Source of the DNA: an uncultured Bacilli bacterium
GTDB taxonomy: Bacteria; Bacillota_I; Bacilli_A; RF39; UBA660
Reading direction: 5' to 3'
NCBI GenBank assembly: GCA_944329445.1
Contig: CALVIH010000001.1
Location: forward strand, 30,900-94,899
DNA length: 64,000 bases
Numbering within the stretch: position 1 is the first letter of the stretch; each line of letters starts with the position of its first letter. Shown piece after piece: positions 39,926-49,099 of the stretch. The notes beneath the pieces are model-generated. The model was not told the origin of the DNA, made no database searches, and saw only the letters and a list, made by a program, of their open reading frames with translations. The position numbers and the translations under genes are program-made.

Positions 39926-41059
39926 TTGAAATTGGAAAACCAAAGAAAATATGAACATCTAAAGAATTTAAATTTAAAACTAGAAAAATTTGTTGGCGAT
40001 AGATTTTATCATTTAAAAAATAAATATGAGTCATTAAAAAATGAAGTTGAGAATTTAGAAAAAGATCTTTCTAAAAAATTAGATTCTATGAAGAAAAAAG
40101 GTTTTGAAGATACTTATATATATGAAAAATATCATGGTGAGCAAGAAGATATCATTGAAAGTAAACAAGAAGAAATGAATAAAATAGAAAACAATTTATC
40201 TTTTTTTGATTTTGATAAATACTATAATATAAATAATTTTATTTCATTTTTATCTAATGCTTTCAAAGTTAATGGAGATATTTTAAAAGATTGTATGAGT
40301 GATTTTAATTTTGATAATTACGCTAAAGATTTATCAACTTCTATCTTTTCAAAAGAAAAAAACGTTGATATGAAAAAATGGAATGAACAAATAAAATGTA
40401 TAGAGCATGAATATAATTGTAAAATAAATTGTTTTAATTTGACGGGTAAATCTAAGTGTTCTTTAAATGATTTTATAAAATTTAGTGGATTGAATAAAGA
40501 TTTTATAAATGAAAATGAAATTGATTCTGATTCATTTTTAGAATTATTAAATTCTATTGATCCATCATATGATAAAGATTATGTAAAAGTATATGGTATA
40601 CAACCAGATTCGGATTTAGAAAAAAGTATTTTAATTAGTTTTCTTTTTAGAAATATAAATAATAAAGAAGTACTTAAAAATTATTCGTTTAATTTATCTA
40701 TTAATGCAAAACTTTGTTTTGAAGAAGGTGTTTATCCAAGTGAGGCTGGGTTTATATTAGATCAGCTTAATACTTCAGTTATTAAAGCAATTATAGATTC
40801 AAACTCTTGCAAAGAAATATTAGGAGATTTATTTAACTTGGTTAATAAAAAATATAATGAAGACCAAAGTTTAGATTATTTTGATATATTGAAAGAAGAT
40901 AAAGAAGTAAAAAAAATAATAGATCAAATAAATAAAAAATATTCTATTAATAAAGGTGTTAATAAAAATGAACCAGCAACATACATTGATGAAGATAGCA
41001 AAATTAAAACAGGTCAAGAATATCCCAGTTCAGGGGAAGGTGGCCGTGGCGTTAAATAG
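39926..41059 (+). CDS. hypothetical cytoplasmic protein, N-terminal coiled coil (orphan cassette gene A)
   Basis: TTG start; the in-frame TTG at 39932 has better spacing from ggaggag (39918-39924). 377 aa, K/E/N-rich, no TM helix or signal peptide, no motif I recognise. Very AT-rich. Confidence 0.6.
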   Translation: MKLENQRKYEHLKNLNLKLEKFVGDRFYHLKNKYESLKNEVENLEKDLSKKLDSMKKKGFEDTYIYEKYHGEQEDIIESKQEEMNKIENNLSFFDFDKYYNINNFISFLSNAFKVNGDILKDCMSDFNFDNYAKDLSTSIFSKEKNVDMKKWNEQIKCIEHEYNCKINCFNLTGKSKCSLNDFIKFSGLNKDFINENEIDSDSFLELLNSIDPSYDKDYVKVYGIQPDSDLEKSILISFLFRNINNKEVLKNYSFNLSINAKLCFEEGVYPSEAGFILDQLNTSVIKAIIDSNSCKEILGDLFNLVNKKYNEDQSLDYFDILKEDKEVKKIIDQINKKYSINKGVNKNEPATYIDEDSKIKTGQEYPSSGEGGRGVK

Positions 41060-41079
41060 TTATATAAGGAGATAGAAAA

Positions 41080-42285
41080 ATGGATAATATTAATATTAAA
41101 GATTTAAAAAAAGAAGAGTTTGATGCTTTAATATCAGAAATTTCTTCACAAAAAAATGAATTAAAAAAAGAGGCCGAACCTATTTTAAAAAAAATATTAG
41201 AATTAAATGAAGAACAACAAAAATTAAAAGAAGAAATAGATAAACTTAATAATTTAAAATCACCTATTTTAAAAAAAATATTTGAATTAGATATAAAGCA
41301 ATCCCAATTAAAAGAAGAATGGAAAATGCAGTTAAAAGATAATTTTACTAAAGATAGTAGTATTATTTTGAAAGAACTAATAAATAAATATGAAGAAATA
41401 TGTAATTTGGATATAAATTCTTTGCCTGAAGAAGAAAAATTAAAATTATATGTTCAAAAAGCGTATATTGAAAATTTAATGATTGGTGGTGATGAAGCAC
41501 ATTCTTATAAAAAAAATGTTGGGCTTTCTAGTTATGATGGTGATATAAATTCGTTTTTAGAAAATGGTATGAATAACTTATATGATGATCTATATTTTAG
41601 TGTAAAAAAGTGCCTAAATGAAATGCTAATAAACATTTGTATGAAAAAAATTGCAAGATTAAAAGGTAAAAGCGATGATTTCATTATGAAAATTTCAAAT
41701 TTCTCATCTTCTTCTCTTATATATATCTCCTATTATAATTCGCAGGATTTGTTATATTTAATAGATAACATTGATAATCTTTTTGAAAAAAATTCTGTAA
41801 TACCTATTGATCCAGAAAAGAAAAATCATATAACTCATGATAATAATTATCCATTAAGCAACATTTCTATTGAAAATAAAAAAATGATAAATCAATATTT
41901 ATGTAATAAAGTAAAGTTTAATGGTTCGATTAGTGATAAATATGAAATTTTAATTAATTCAATGGCTAGATTATATTCTATTCAGCATAATTCTACAATA
42001 GATGAGTCACTAAAAATAGTTAAAAAATGGATTGATTTACTTGCTTCAAAAGATTATTTAAAACGTAAATTAAATGAAAGCGATAATTTTGAAGAAGAGT
42101 TAGAATACTATTTAAGTGATGAGATAAATGGAATAGCTGATGCTATAATTGGATTACCATCTTTTTATAATAAAAAAGAGAAATGTGCATTGCTTAATGA
42201 AAATAGTATACCTAAATTTATGATTGAGGAGGAAGAAGAAAACTTTAAAAAAGCATTTAATATGGGCGAAATGGGCTCTAAATAG
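41080..42285 (+). CDS. hypothetical cytoplasmic protein, N-terminal coiled coil with internal 28-aa repeat (orphan cassette gene B)
   Basis: ATG follows aaggag. 401 aa. Contains the repeated module PILKKI(L/F)EL...LKEE, encoded by a 20-nt exact repeat at 41179 and 41263. No recognisable motif. Confidence 0.6.
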   Translation: MDNINIKDLKKEEFDALISEISSQKNELKKEAEPILKKILELNEEQQKLKEEIDKLNNLKSPILKKIFELDIKQSQLKEEWKMQLKDNFTKDSSIILKELINKYEEICNLDINSLPEEEKLKLYVQKAYIENLMIGGDEAHSYKKNVGLSSYDGDINSFLENGMNNLYDDLYFSVKKCLNEMLINICMKKIARLKGKSDDFIMKISNFSSSSLIYISYYNSQDLLYLIDNIDNLFEKNSVIPIDPEKKNHITHDNNYPLSNISIENKKMINQYLCNKVKFNGSISDKYEILINSMARLYSIQHNSTIDESLKIVKKWIDLLASKDYLKRKLNESDNFEEELEYYLSDEINGIADAIIGLPSFYNKKEKCALLNENSIPKFMIEEEEENFKKAFNMGEMGSK

Positions 42286-42289
42286 CATT

Positions 42290-42316
42290 AAAACGACTAA
42301 TTGCTAGTCGTTTTTT
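42290..42316. terminator. bidirectional terminator between cassette gene B and the convergent PBP gene
   Basis: aaaa-cgacta-attgc-tagtcg-tttttt. The hairpin overlaps the last codons of the PBP gene. Confidence 0.7.
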
Positions 42317-44267
42317 GAGTGGTCTTTTCTTTGGTTGTTTTACTTTTATATCCGGGCTCTGTTCCTTTAACATAATATAATATCTTTTTTAATTTAGAAT
42401 CATTGGTTGCTTCTTTACCTGTTTCTACGTCAGTTAAAACACCTACTACGTTATCTGGTTTTTCATACCATTTGGCTTCTTTGTCTCTTAAGTACCCTTC
42501 TATGGCGTCTGCCCATATGTTTTTTGAATATTTATACTCTTTACTTGATAGTTTTCTATTGTCGTCATATCCAGTCCATACACCTACCACAACGTCTGGA
42601 TTATATCCAACGGTCCATAGGTCATAATCGGTTGTTCCACTTTTAACGGCGTATTTTTTTGTTAGTTTAGGTGCGATTGACGCACAAGTTGGTGCCGTAT
42701 AACTTTTTAGTGAGGTATCATAAGTATTAGAAAGGAGTTCGCTTAAGATATACGTATATGATTTATTTAATACTTTCTTTTTATTATTTTTAAATTCATA
42801 AATAATGTCTCCGTTACCATCTTCTACTTTATTTATTAGGTGCGCTTTAACACTACTCCCGGAGTTTGCTAAACTTGAGTACGCTCCAGTAAATTCAACA
42901 ACGGATAATTCGTTAGTTCCTAGTGGTAGTGATGCGTTTGCTTCTAGTTTACTTGTTATACCCATTTTCTTTGCGTATTTTATCATGGTATCTTCTCCTA
43001 AGAAAAGATGGGTTTTAATAGCATATATGTTATCAGAATAAGCAATTGCAAGCGCCATGGTAATTTTATCGTTAGGATATATATCACCGTAGTTACTAGG
43101 AGAATAAGTAACTCCGTTTCCTAAAGAAAAGGTTGTTGGTTTACTTAAGAACGTTGTTGATGAGGTAAGGCCGTTTTCAAGCGCGGCGTAATATAATATT
43201 GGTTTCATGGCAGAACCCACTTGTCTTTTTGATTGTACGGCTCTGTTATATTGCGATTTAGAGTAGTCTTTCCCACCGGCAAGTGCTATTACCGCTCCGT
43301 TATCAGGATTTATCATCACTGCTGCCGTTTGCATCTCATCTTTATCTTCCAAATTATTTTTTATTGCGTTTTCTAATGATGTTTGTGCTTCTATATCAAG
43401 GTTTGTATATATTTTTAGCCCTTCTTGCTGGATGGAGTCCTCACTTACTATTTTAAGATCCTGTAATTCTCTTATAACCGCATCTTGGTAATACATTAAA
43501 GTAGATAAGTTTAAGTTCTCTTTTTTTCCATAATAAGTTAGTTTTACATCAAGTGTTTCATCCATTGTTTCTTGTGATATTATACCATTATTAACCATTG
43601 CTCTTAATATTTCTTTTTGTCTTTTTTTAGCGGCTGCCTCATCATTTAATGGTGAGTAATTATCTGGTGATTTAGGTATTCCCGCTAGCATCGAACTTTC
43701 TGCTAAATTTAAGTCTTTAGCAGATTTATTAAAGTAATATTCTGATGCGTTTTCAATTCCTAATATCCCATTTCCATAATTTATGGTATTTAGGTATCCT
43801 TCTAGTATTTCGTCTTTAGAGTATTGTGCCTCTAGTTTAAATGCGTACCATGCTTCTTTTATTTTTCTTTCCCAGGTTTTATCAAAGGTTAAAAATAAGT
43901 TTCTAGCGTATTGTTGAGTTATTGTTGATGCTCCTTGGGTTAGATCATTTGACCTTATGTTAACCAAAGTAGATTTTATTATTCTTGGTATGTCAAACCC
44001 ATTATGTTCATAAAAGTTTTTATCTTCTGAATATATTGTTGCGTTTATTAAATACTTTGATATATCTTTTAGTTTTATCCATTTTTTAGTACCGTTATTT
44101 CCCTCGTAAAAGCTTTTATTATCCATATCATACATGTATATACTATTTGAGTTTTCTATGTCTATTTTAGAACCATATTTAGCGCATAAGAATAATATGG
44201 TATAGCATGCACAAAAAATAAGCATTAAAGCGATTAAAACTTTTGATATTATTTTTATCTTTTTCAT
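42297..44267 (-). CDS. class A penicillin-binding protein (glycosyltransferase + transpeptidase)
   Basis: N-terminal TM helix, GT51 motifs EDKNFYEHNGFD and GASTITQQ, and transpeptidase motifs SAMKP (SxxK), SDN and KSGTT. Confidence 0.92.
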   Translation of the reverse strand: MKKIKIISKVLIALMLIFCACYTILFLCAKYGSKIDIENSNSIYMYDMDNKSFYEGNNGTKKWIKLKDISKYLINATIYSEDKNFYEHNGFDIPRIIKSTLVNIRSNDLTQGASTITQQYARNLFLTFDKTWERKIKEAWYAFKLEAQYSKDEILEGYLNTINYGNGILGIENASEYYFNKSAKDLNLAESSMLAGIPKSPDNYSPLNDEAAAKKRQKEILRAMVNNGIISQETMDETLDVKLTYYGKKENLNLSTLMYYQDAVIRELQDLKIVSEDSIQQEGLKIYTNLDIEAQTSLENAIKNNLEDKDEMQTAAVMINPDNGAVIALAGGKDYSKSQYNRAVQSKRQVGSAMKPILYYAALENGLTSSTTFLSKPTTFSLGNGVTYSPSNYGDIYPNDKITMALAIAYSDNIYAIKTHLFLGEDTMIKYAKKMGITSKLEANASLPLGTNELSVVEFTGAYSSLANSGSSVKAHLINKVEDGNGDIIYEFKNNKKKVLNKSYTYILSELLSNTYDTSLKSYTAPTCASIAPKLTKKYAVKSGTTDYDLWTVGYNPDVVVGVWTGYDDNRKLSSKEYKYSKNIWADAIEGYLRDKEAKWYEKPDNVVGVLTDVETGKEATNDSKLKKILYYVKGTEPGYKSKTTKEKTTQKTTSN

Positions 44268-44326
44268 TTAATCGCCTTCTTTCTAATTTTAGTATTGCTA
44301 AAAATATATAAAATATTAGTATTTTG

Positions 44327-44355
44327 TTGACCTTTTTAATTTTCTATGCTATATT
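44327..44355 (+). promoter_or_regulatory. sigma-A-type promoter for the DUF1934-argS operon
   Basis: ttgacc (44327-44332), 17-nt spacer ending in tgc, tatatt (44350-44355). Confidence 0.55.
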
Positions 44356-44384
44356 GTTGCTAGAAAATTTTTAGGTGATGTTTT

Positions 44385-44759
44385 ATGTCTAAAATTATGA
44401 TTAATGGTGGAGTTTTTTCCAAAAACGATGAAGAGTTAATAGACAACGTAAAAGCAGTTTATAAAGATAACGTAATAGCTTATAATTTAAACGGTATAAC
44501 GATAAAAATAACTACTTTTCCAGATAAACTATTAATCACTAGAGAAAATGATGACATGAAGTTAAACTTAGAATTTGAAGAGAATAAACGTTTGGTTAGT
44601 AAATACCTAATTAAAGATTTGGGGTTGAATGTAAAAGTAGAAACGAAAACGAAAAAACTCATCATGAATGATAATAATCTAAAAGTAGAATATGATTTAT
44701 TTATGAATGAAGAGTTTAGTGATAGTTTCACTTTTAATTTGGAATGGAGCGATTTATAA
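44385..44759 (+). CDS. DUF1934 (YwiB-like) beta-barrel protein
   Basis: 124 aa, immediately upstream of and overlapping argS (taatg), as for B. subtilis ywiB. Confidence 0.65.
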   Translation: MSKIMINGGVFSKNDEELIDNVKAVYKDNVIAYNLNGITIKITTFPDKLLITRENDDMKLNLEFEENKRLVSKYLIKDLGLNVKVETKTKKLIMNDNNLKVEYDLFMNEEFSDSFTFNLEWSDL

Positions 44760-46387
44760 TGAATTTAAAAGAACTAATAAAAGACATTATTGCAAACGCT
44801 TTAGAGGAATTATCCATCGCGTATGATAAAAAAAACATAGTAGTGGAAGTTCCAAAAGATCGAAATAACGGAGATTTTTCTAGTAACGTTGCAATGCAAT
44901 TAACGAAGGTTCTTAAAAGTAATCCAAGAAACATTGCTGAAGAAATAGTTTCGGTTATTAAAAATAACAAGGAAATAGAAAAAGCAGACGTAGCGGGACC
45001 TGGTTTTATTAATATTTACCTAAATGATGAATATGTATTTAGCGGTGTTGAAAAGGTTTTATATGCTGCGGATAATTATGGTAAAAGTAACGTTGGTGAA
45101 AGAAAAAAAATCAACGTAGAATTTGTTAGTGCAAATCCAACCGGAATTTTACACCTTGGTACTGCGCGTGGAGCATCTTATGGTTCTAACCTTGCTAACA
45201 TAATGTCTTTTGCGGGGTTTGATGTTACCAAAGAATATTATATAAATGATGCTGGTAACCAAATAAATAACCTTGGTATATCCGTTAAAGAAAGATATAA
45301 AGGCTTATGTGGGTTAGAAGAAAACATGCCAGAAGATGGCTATTATGGTGCGGAAATAATTGGCATTGCAAGAAGTATAAAAGAAAAATATAGTGATTCT
45401 AAACTTAATGAGGAATTAGATTTCTTTAAAGAGTTTGCGGTAGATTATCTTCTTAACATAATTAAAACTGACTTATCAAATTTTGGTGTTACTTTTGATG
45501 TTTGGACTAGTGAAAAGGCCATCCGTGCTAAAGGTCGCATAGAAGAATGTTTAAAGATATTAGACGAAAAAGGTTTGATATTTGAAAAGGATGACGCGAA
45601 GTGGCTTAAAACTACGGTTTATGGTGATGATAAAGATAGGGTGCTTATTAAATCAGATGGTAGTTACACCTACTTGGTTCCTGATATAGCATATCACTTG
45701 GATAAGTTTGATCGTGGCTTTGACTATTTGGTTGACGTATTTGGTGCGGATCATCATAGTTATGTTTCAAGACTTAAAGCAAGTATTGAGGCTTTGGGTT
45801 ACGATAAGGACAAACTAGAAGTTAGACTTCTTCAAATGGTAAGACTACTTCGAGATGGTAACGTCGTTAAGATGAGTAAAAGAACGGGTGGTAACATTAC
45901 TATTTCGGAATTGGTAGAAGAAGTAGGTAAGGACGCTGCCAGATATTTCTTTGCTACCAGAAGTTTGGATGGACAGATGGATTTTGACATTAACTTAGCG
46001 GTTAAAAAATCAAATGATAATCCTTATTTCTACGTGGGATACGCCCATGCAAGAATATGTTCAATCTTAAGGGAAGCAAAGGAAAAAAACATTAACATAA
46101 GTACTGATATTAAGCATATCAATGACGAGGATTCAAAGGCTTTACTGCTTAAGGTTTATGAGTTTAATGACGTAGTTATCTCATCAGCGCTTAAAAAAGA
46201 ACCACACTTAATTACGAATTACGTGTATGATTTAGCAAGTTTGTTCCATAATTATTATGGTAAACATAGAATATTAACTGATGATGAAGAACTTTCATCA
46301 GAATATTTAGGTTTAATTAAAACCGTACAGATAACAATTAAAAACGCTTTAAGGCTTATTGGTGTTAGTGCACCTGATCAAATGTAG
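44759..46387 (+). CDS. argS: arginine--tRNA ligase
   Basis: ATG at 44759. SANPTGILHLG (HIGH region) and KMSKRTG (KMSKS region). Confidence 0.95.
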   Translation: MNLKELIKDIIANALEELSIAYDKKNIVVEVPKDRNNGDFSSNVAMQLTKVLKSNPRNIAEEIVSVIKNNKEIEKADVAGPGFINIYLNDEYVFSGVEKVLYAADNYGKSNVGERKKINVEFVSANPTGILHLGTARGASYGSNLANIMSFAGFDVTKEYYINDAGNQINNLGISVKERYKGLCGLEENMPEDGYYGAEIIGIARSIKEKYSDSKLNEELDFFKEFAVDYLLNIIKTDLSNFGVTFDVWTSEKAIRAKGRIEECLKILDEKGLIFEKDDAKWLKTTVYGDDKDRVLIKSDGSYTYLVPDIAYHLDKFDRGFDYLVDVFGADHHSYVSRLKASIEALGYDKDKLEVRLLQMVRLLRDGNVVKMSKRTGGNITISELVEEVGKDAARYFFATRSLDGQMDFDINLAVKKSNDNPYFYVGYAHARICSILREAKEKNINISTDIKHINDEDSKALLLKVYEFNDVVISSALKKEPHLITNYVYDLASLFHNYYGKHRILTDDEELSSEYLGLIKTVQITIKNALRLIGVSAPDQM

Positions 46388-46399
46388 GAGGATTTAAAA

Positions 46400-46840
46400 A
46401 TGAACGTTAGACAAATGCCTTTAGAGGAATTAGAATTATTATCATATACAGACATAGCTTATGAGCTATTAAAACTAGATAAAAAACCTAAAACAACCCC
46501 AATATTATTTGGTGAGGTTTGTAAGTTACTTGAAATAAGTGAAGATAACATGATGGAAATGATTGGGGATTTTTACACTAGTTTAACAACTGACAAGAGG
46601 TTTATTTTACTTGATTCAGCAGAATGGGATTTAAAGGAAGCCCATAGTGTAAAAACAATAATCGATGATGATGAAGATGATGAAACAGAAGACGAAGAAG
46701 AAACTGATGAAGATATAGAAAATAACGAAACCGAAGATGAAGCGGTTGTGAATAACGCAGAAGATTTCGACGAGTCGGATGAGGACATGGATGATTTAGA
46801 AGATTTGGTAGTGGTTACAGAAGAAGAGATGGATGAATAA
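46400..46840 (+). CDS. rpoE: DNA-directed RNA polymerase subunit delta
   Basis: N-terminal HARE-HTH-like domain (SYTDIAYELLK...FYTSLTTDKRFI) and a long D/E C-terminal tail. Confidence 0.85.
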   Translation: MNVRQMPLEELELLSYTDIAYELLKLDKKPKTTPILFGEVCKLLEISEDNMMEMIGDFYTSLTTDKRFILLDSAEWDLKEAHSVKTIIDDDEDDETEDEEETDEDIENNETEDEAVVNNAEDFDESDEDMDDLEDLVVVTEEEMDE

Positions 46841-47896
46841 ATGTTTGAAAGATTAGAAGACATAAAAAAAAGATATGATTTTATAACAAGTGAGTTAACT
46901 AAACCAGAAGTTATAAGTAACGTTGCCCAAACTACTAAATTATCTAAGGAACAATCAAGTTTATCAGAAATAATAGAATGCTATGATGCCTATCTAAAAG
47001 CTAAAAAGGATTATGAGGAAGCAAAAGAGTTAGCTAAGGATCCAGAAATGGCAGAGTTTGCCATGGAAGAAGAGGAAAAAGGATTAGAAATACAAAAAGA
47101 GTTAGAAAAAAAACTAGAAGTATTATTATTGCCAAAAGATCCTAATGATGATAAAAACATTATCGTTGAAATAAGAGGAGCTGCTGGTGGTGATGAGGCT
47201 AATATTTTTGCGGGAGACCTTTATGGTATGTACGTAAAGTATGCTGAAAGCCAAGGCTTTAAAATCGAGGATTTAGAAAGCACACCCGGTGCTAGTGGTG
47301 GATTTTCTGAAATATCGTTTATGGTTAAAGGGGATAACGTATACTCTAAATTAAAGTATGAGTCGGGTGCTCATCGTGTTCAACGTGTTCCCGCTACCGA
47401 ATCACAAGGAAGGGTGCATACTTCTACCGCTACCGTTTTAGTAATGCCAGAGGTTGATGACGTTGACTTTGAACTTGATATGAACGATGTAAGGGTTGAT
47501 ATTACAAGGGCATCTGGTAATGGTGGTCAAGGAGTTAACACGACTGATAGTGCTGTAAGACTTACTCATATTCCAACTGGGATAATTGTTTATTCACAAA
47601 CGGAAAGGTCACAAATAAGAAACAAGGAAAAAGCAATAAAGATCTTAAAGTCTAGAGTGTATGACCTTAAGATGAGAGAGCAAGAAGCTGAGGTTGGTGC
47701 CGAAAGACGTAGTAAAATAGGTACTGGTGATCGCTCCGAAAAAATTAGAACTTATAATTATCCACAAAACAGGGTAACGGATCATAGAATTGGTTATACG
47801 ACTAATAACTTAGACCGGGTAATGAATGGTAAGTTAGATGATATCATCGAAGCATTAATAACCGAGGATCAAAGAAGAAAACTAGCTGGAGAATAA
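46841..47896 (+). CDS. prfA: peptide chain release factor 1
   Basis: PAT tripeptide (VPATESQGR) and the GGQ motif (SGNGGQGVNT). Confidence 0.97.
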   Translation: MFERLEDIKKRYDFITSELTKPEVISNVAQTTKLSKEQSSLSEIIECYDAYLKAKKDYEEAKELAKDPEMAEFAMEEEEKGLEIQKELEKKLEVLLLPKDPNDDKNIIVEIRGAAGGDEANIFAGDLYGMYVKYAESQGFKIEDLESTPGASGGFSEISFMVKGDNVYSKLKYESGAHRVQRVPATESQGRVHTSTATVLVMPEVDDVDFELDMNDVRVDITRASGNGGQGVNTTDSAVRLTHIPTGIIVYSQTERSQIRNKEKAIKILKSRVYDLKMREQEAEVGAERRSKIGTGDRSEKIRTYNYPQNRVTDHRIGYTTNNLDRVMNGKLDDIIEALITEDQRRKLAGE

Positions 47897-47942
47897 ATCT
47901 TCAGTTTTTTCATATGTTATAATATTAAAGAGTGGTGATAAA

Positions 47943-49055
47943 ATGAAAATAAAGTATCCAGATTATAACAATGGTTTGATTAATGTTATTTGTTCGATTG
48001 AAAGTTATTTTGGAATTAAACCAAAACATAGAACTTTGCCCATCTTAGATAAGATTTTAAAAAAGAATAATAATAAAAACGTTGTACTTTACCTTTTTGA
48101 TGGTTTAGGCTATAACATTTTAATTAATAATAAAAACCTTTGCCCGTTCTTATATAAAAATATTAAAAGCCAAATATCTTCTGCTTTTCCATCTACCACC
48201 ATGTCAGCTAGAACAACCATAGAATCTGGATTAAACCCAATAGAGCATGGTTGGCTTGGTTGGGATATGTATTTTAAAGATTTTGATAAGGTAATAACAT
48301 TGACCAAAAACGTTATAAAAGGTACTAAAGTAAAACCGGCTGGTTATCATGTTGCAAAGACTTTATTAAATTATGAGCCAGTAACTGATAAGATTAACGA
48401 AAAAGAAGGGTACTTAAGTAAAACCATTAGGGTATATAGTAACCATAAAAAAGAATCTTTAAAAGAAATGAGGCGACAGATAAAAAAAATAACTAAATCT
48501 AAAGATAAGGTATATGTTTATACATATCATAATGAACCTGACCATGTATTGCATAAGTACGGTGTTGGTTCGAGTAAAATGAAAAAATATCTAAAACGCA
48601 TTGATAAAGAATTCAAAAAATCCTGTAAACATTTAAAAGATACAACGGTTATAATGATTGCGGACCATGGCCACATAAACGTGGATTACGTTAACCTAGT
48701 AGATTATCCTAACATAATTAAAATGATGGAAGGTAATATATCTATTGATGATAGGGCAACTTCTTTTAGGGTGAAAAAAGAATATAAAAAACAATTTCCT
48801 TATGAGTTAAAAAAAGTTTTAAAAGACGATTTTATAATAATGAGTAAAAATGATATTATCGATAATAAGTTATACGGAGATGGATTAGAAAATAAGTACT
48901 TTCGTGATGGGCTTGGTGATTATTTTGCGCTTGGGGTAAGTAATAAGGCAATTCGTTATGATGATAGTACTAACCATCATAAATCAGCTCATTCTGGATT
49001 AACGGAAGATGAAATGATAGTACCATTAGTTGTTGTTAACACAAATGATTTATAA
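47943..49055 (+). CDS. alkaline-phosphatase-superfamily protein (phosphodiesterase/nucleotide pyrophosphatase type)
   Basis: Metal and nucleophile motifs LFDGLGYN, FPSTTMSARTT and IADHGH. Confidence 0.6.
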   Translation: MKIKYPDYNNGLINVICSIESYFGIKPKHRTLPILDKILKKNNNKNVVLYLFDGLGYNILINNKNLCPFLYKNIKSQISSAFPSTTMSARTTIESGLNPIEHGWLGWDMYFKDFDKVITLTKNVIKGTKVKPAGYHVAKTLLNYEPVTDKINEKEGYLSKTIRVYSNHKKESLKEMRRQIKKITKSKDKVYVYTYHNEPDHVLHKYGVGSSKMKKYLKRIDKEFKKSCKHLKDTTVIMIADHGHINVDYVNLVDYPNIIKMMEGNISIDDRATSFRVKKEYKKQFPYELKKVLKDDFIIMSKNDIIDNKLYGDGLENKYFRDGLGDYFALGVSNKAIRYDDSTNHHKSAHSGLTEDEMIVPLVVVNTNDL

Positions 49056-49099
49056 TTGGTGTTTTTGCTTGTTTGATGATATATTATAAAGAGTTGGTG

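Noticed and set aside
41179-41282. A8 homopolymers inside the 20-nt repeats of cassette gene B, considered as coding-region phase-variation tracts.
   Set aside because: A7-A9 runs are frequent throughout this AT-rich window (for example in dnaX and the adhesin genes), so they are not distinctive. Only the G8 tract stands out.
44268-44384. Looked for a T-box leader upstream of the DUF1934-argS operon.
   Set aside because: The gap is only 117 nt and contains just a promoter (ttgacc-17-tatatt). There is no specifier or antiterminator architecture or T-box sequence.
46660-46840. Highly repetitive gat/gaa-rich segment and its 96-aa antisense ORF (46573-46863).
   Set aside because: This is the normal poly-acidic C-terminal tail of the RNA polymerase delta subunit, and the antisense Ser-rich ORF is its shadow.
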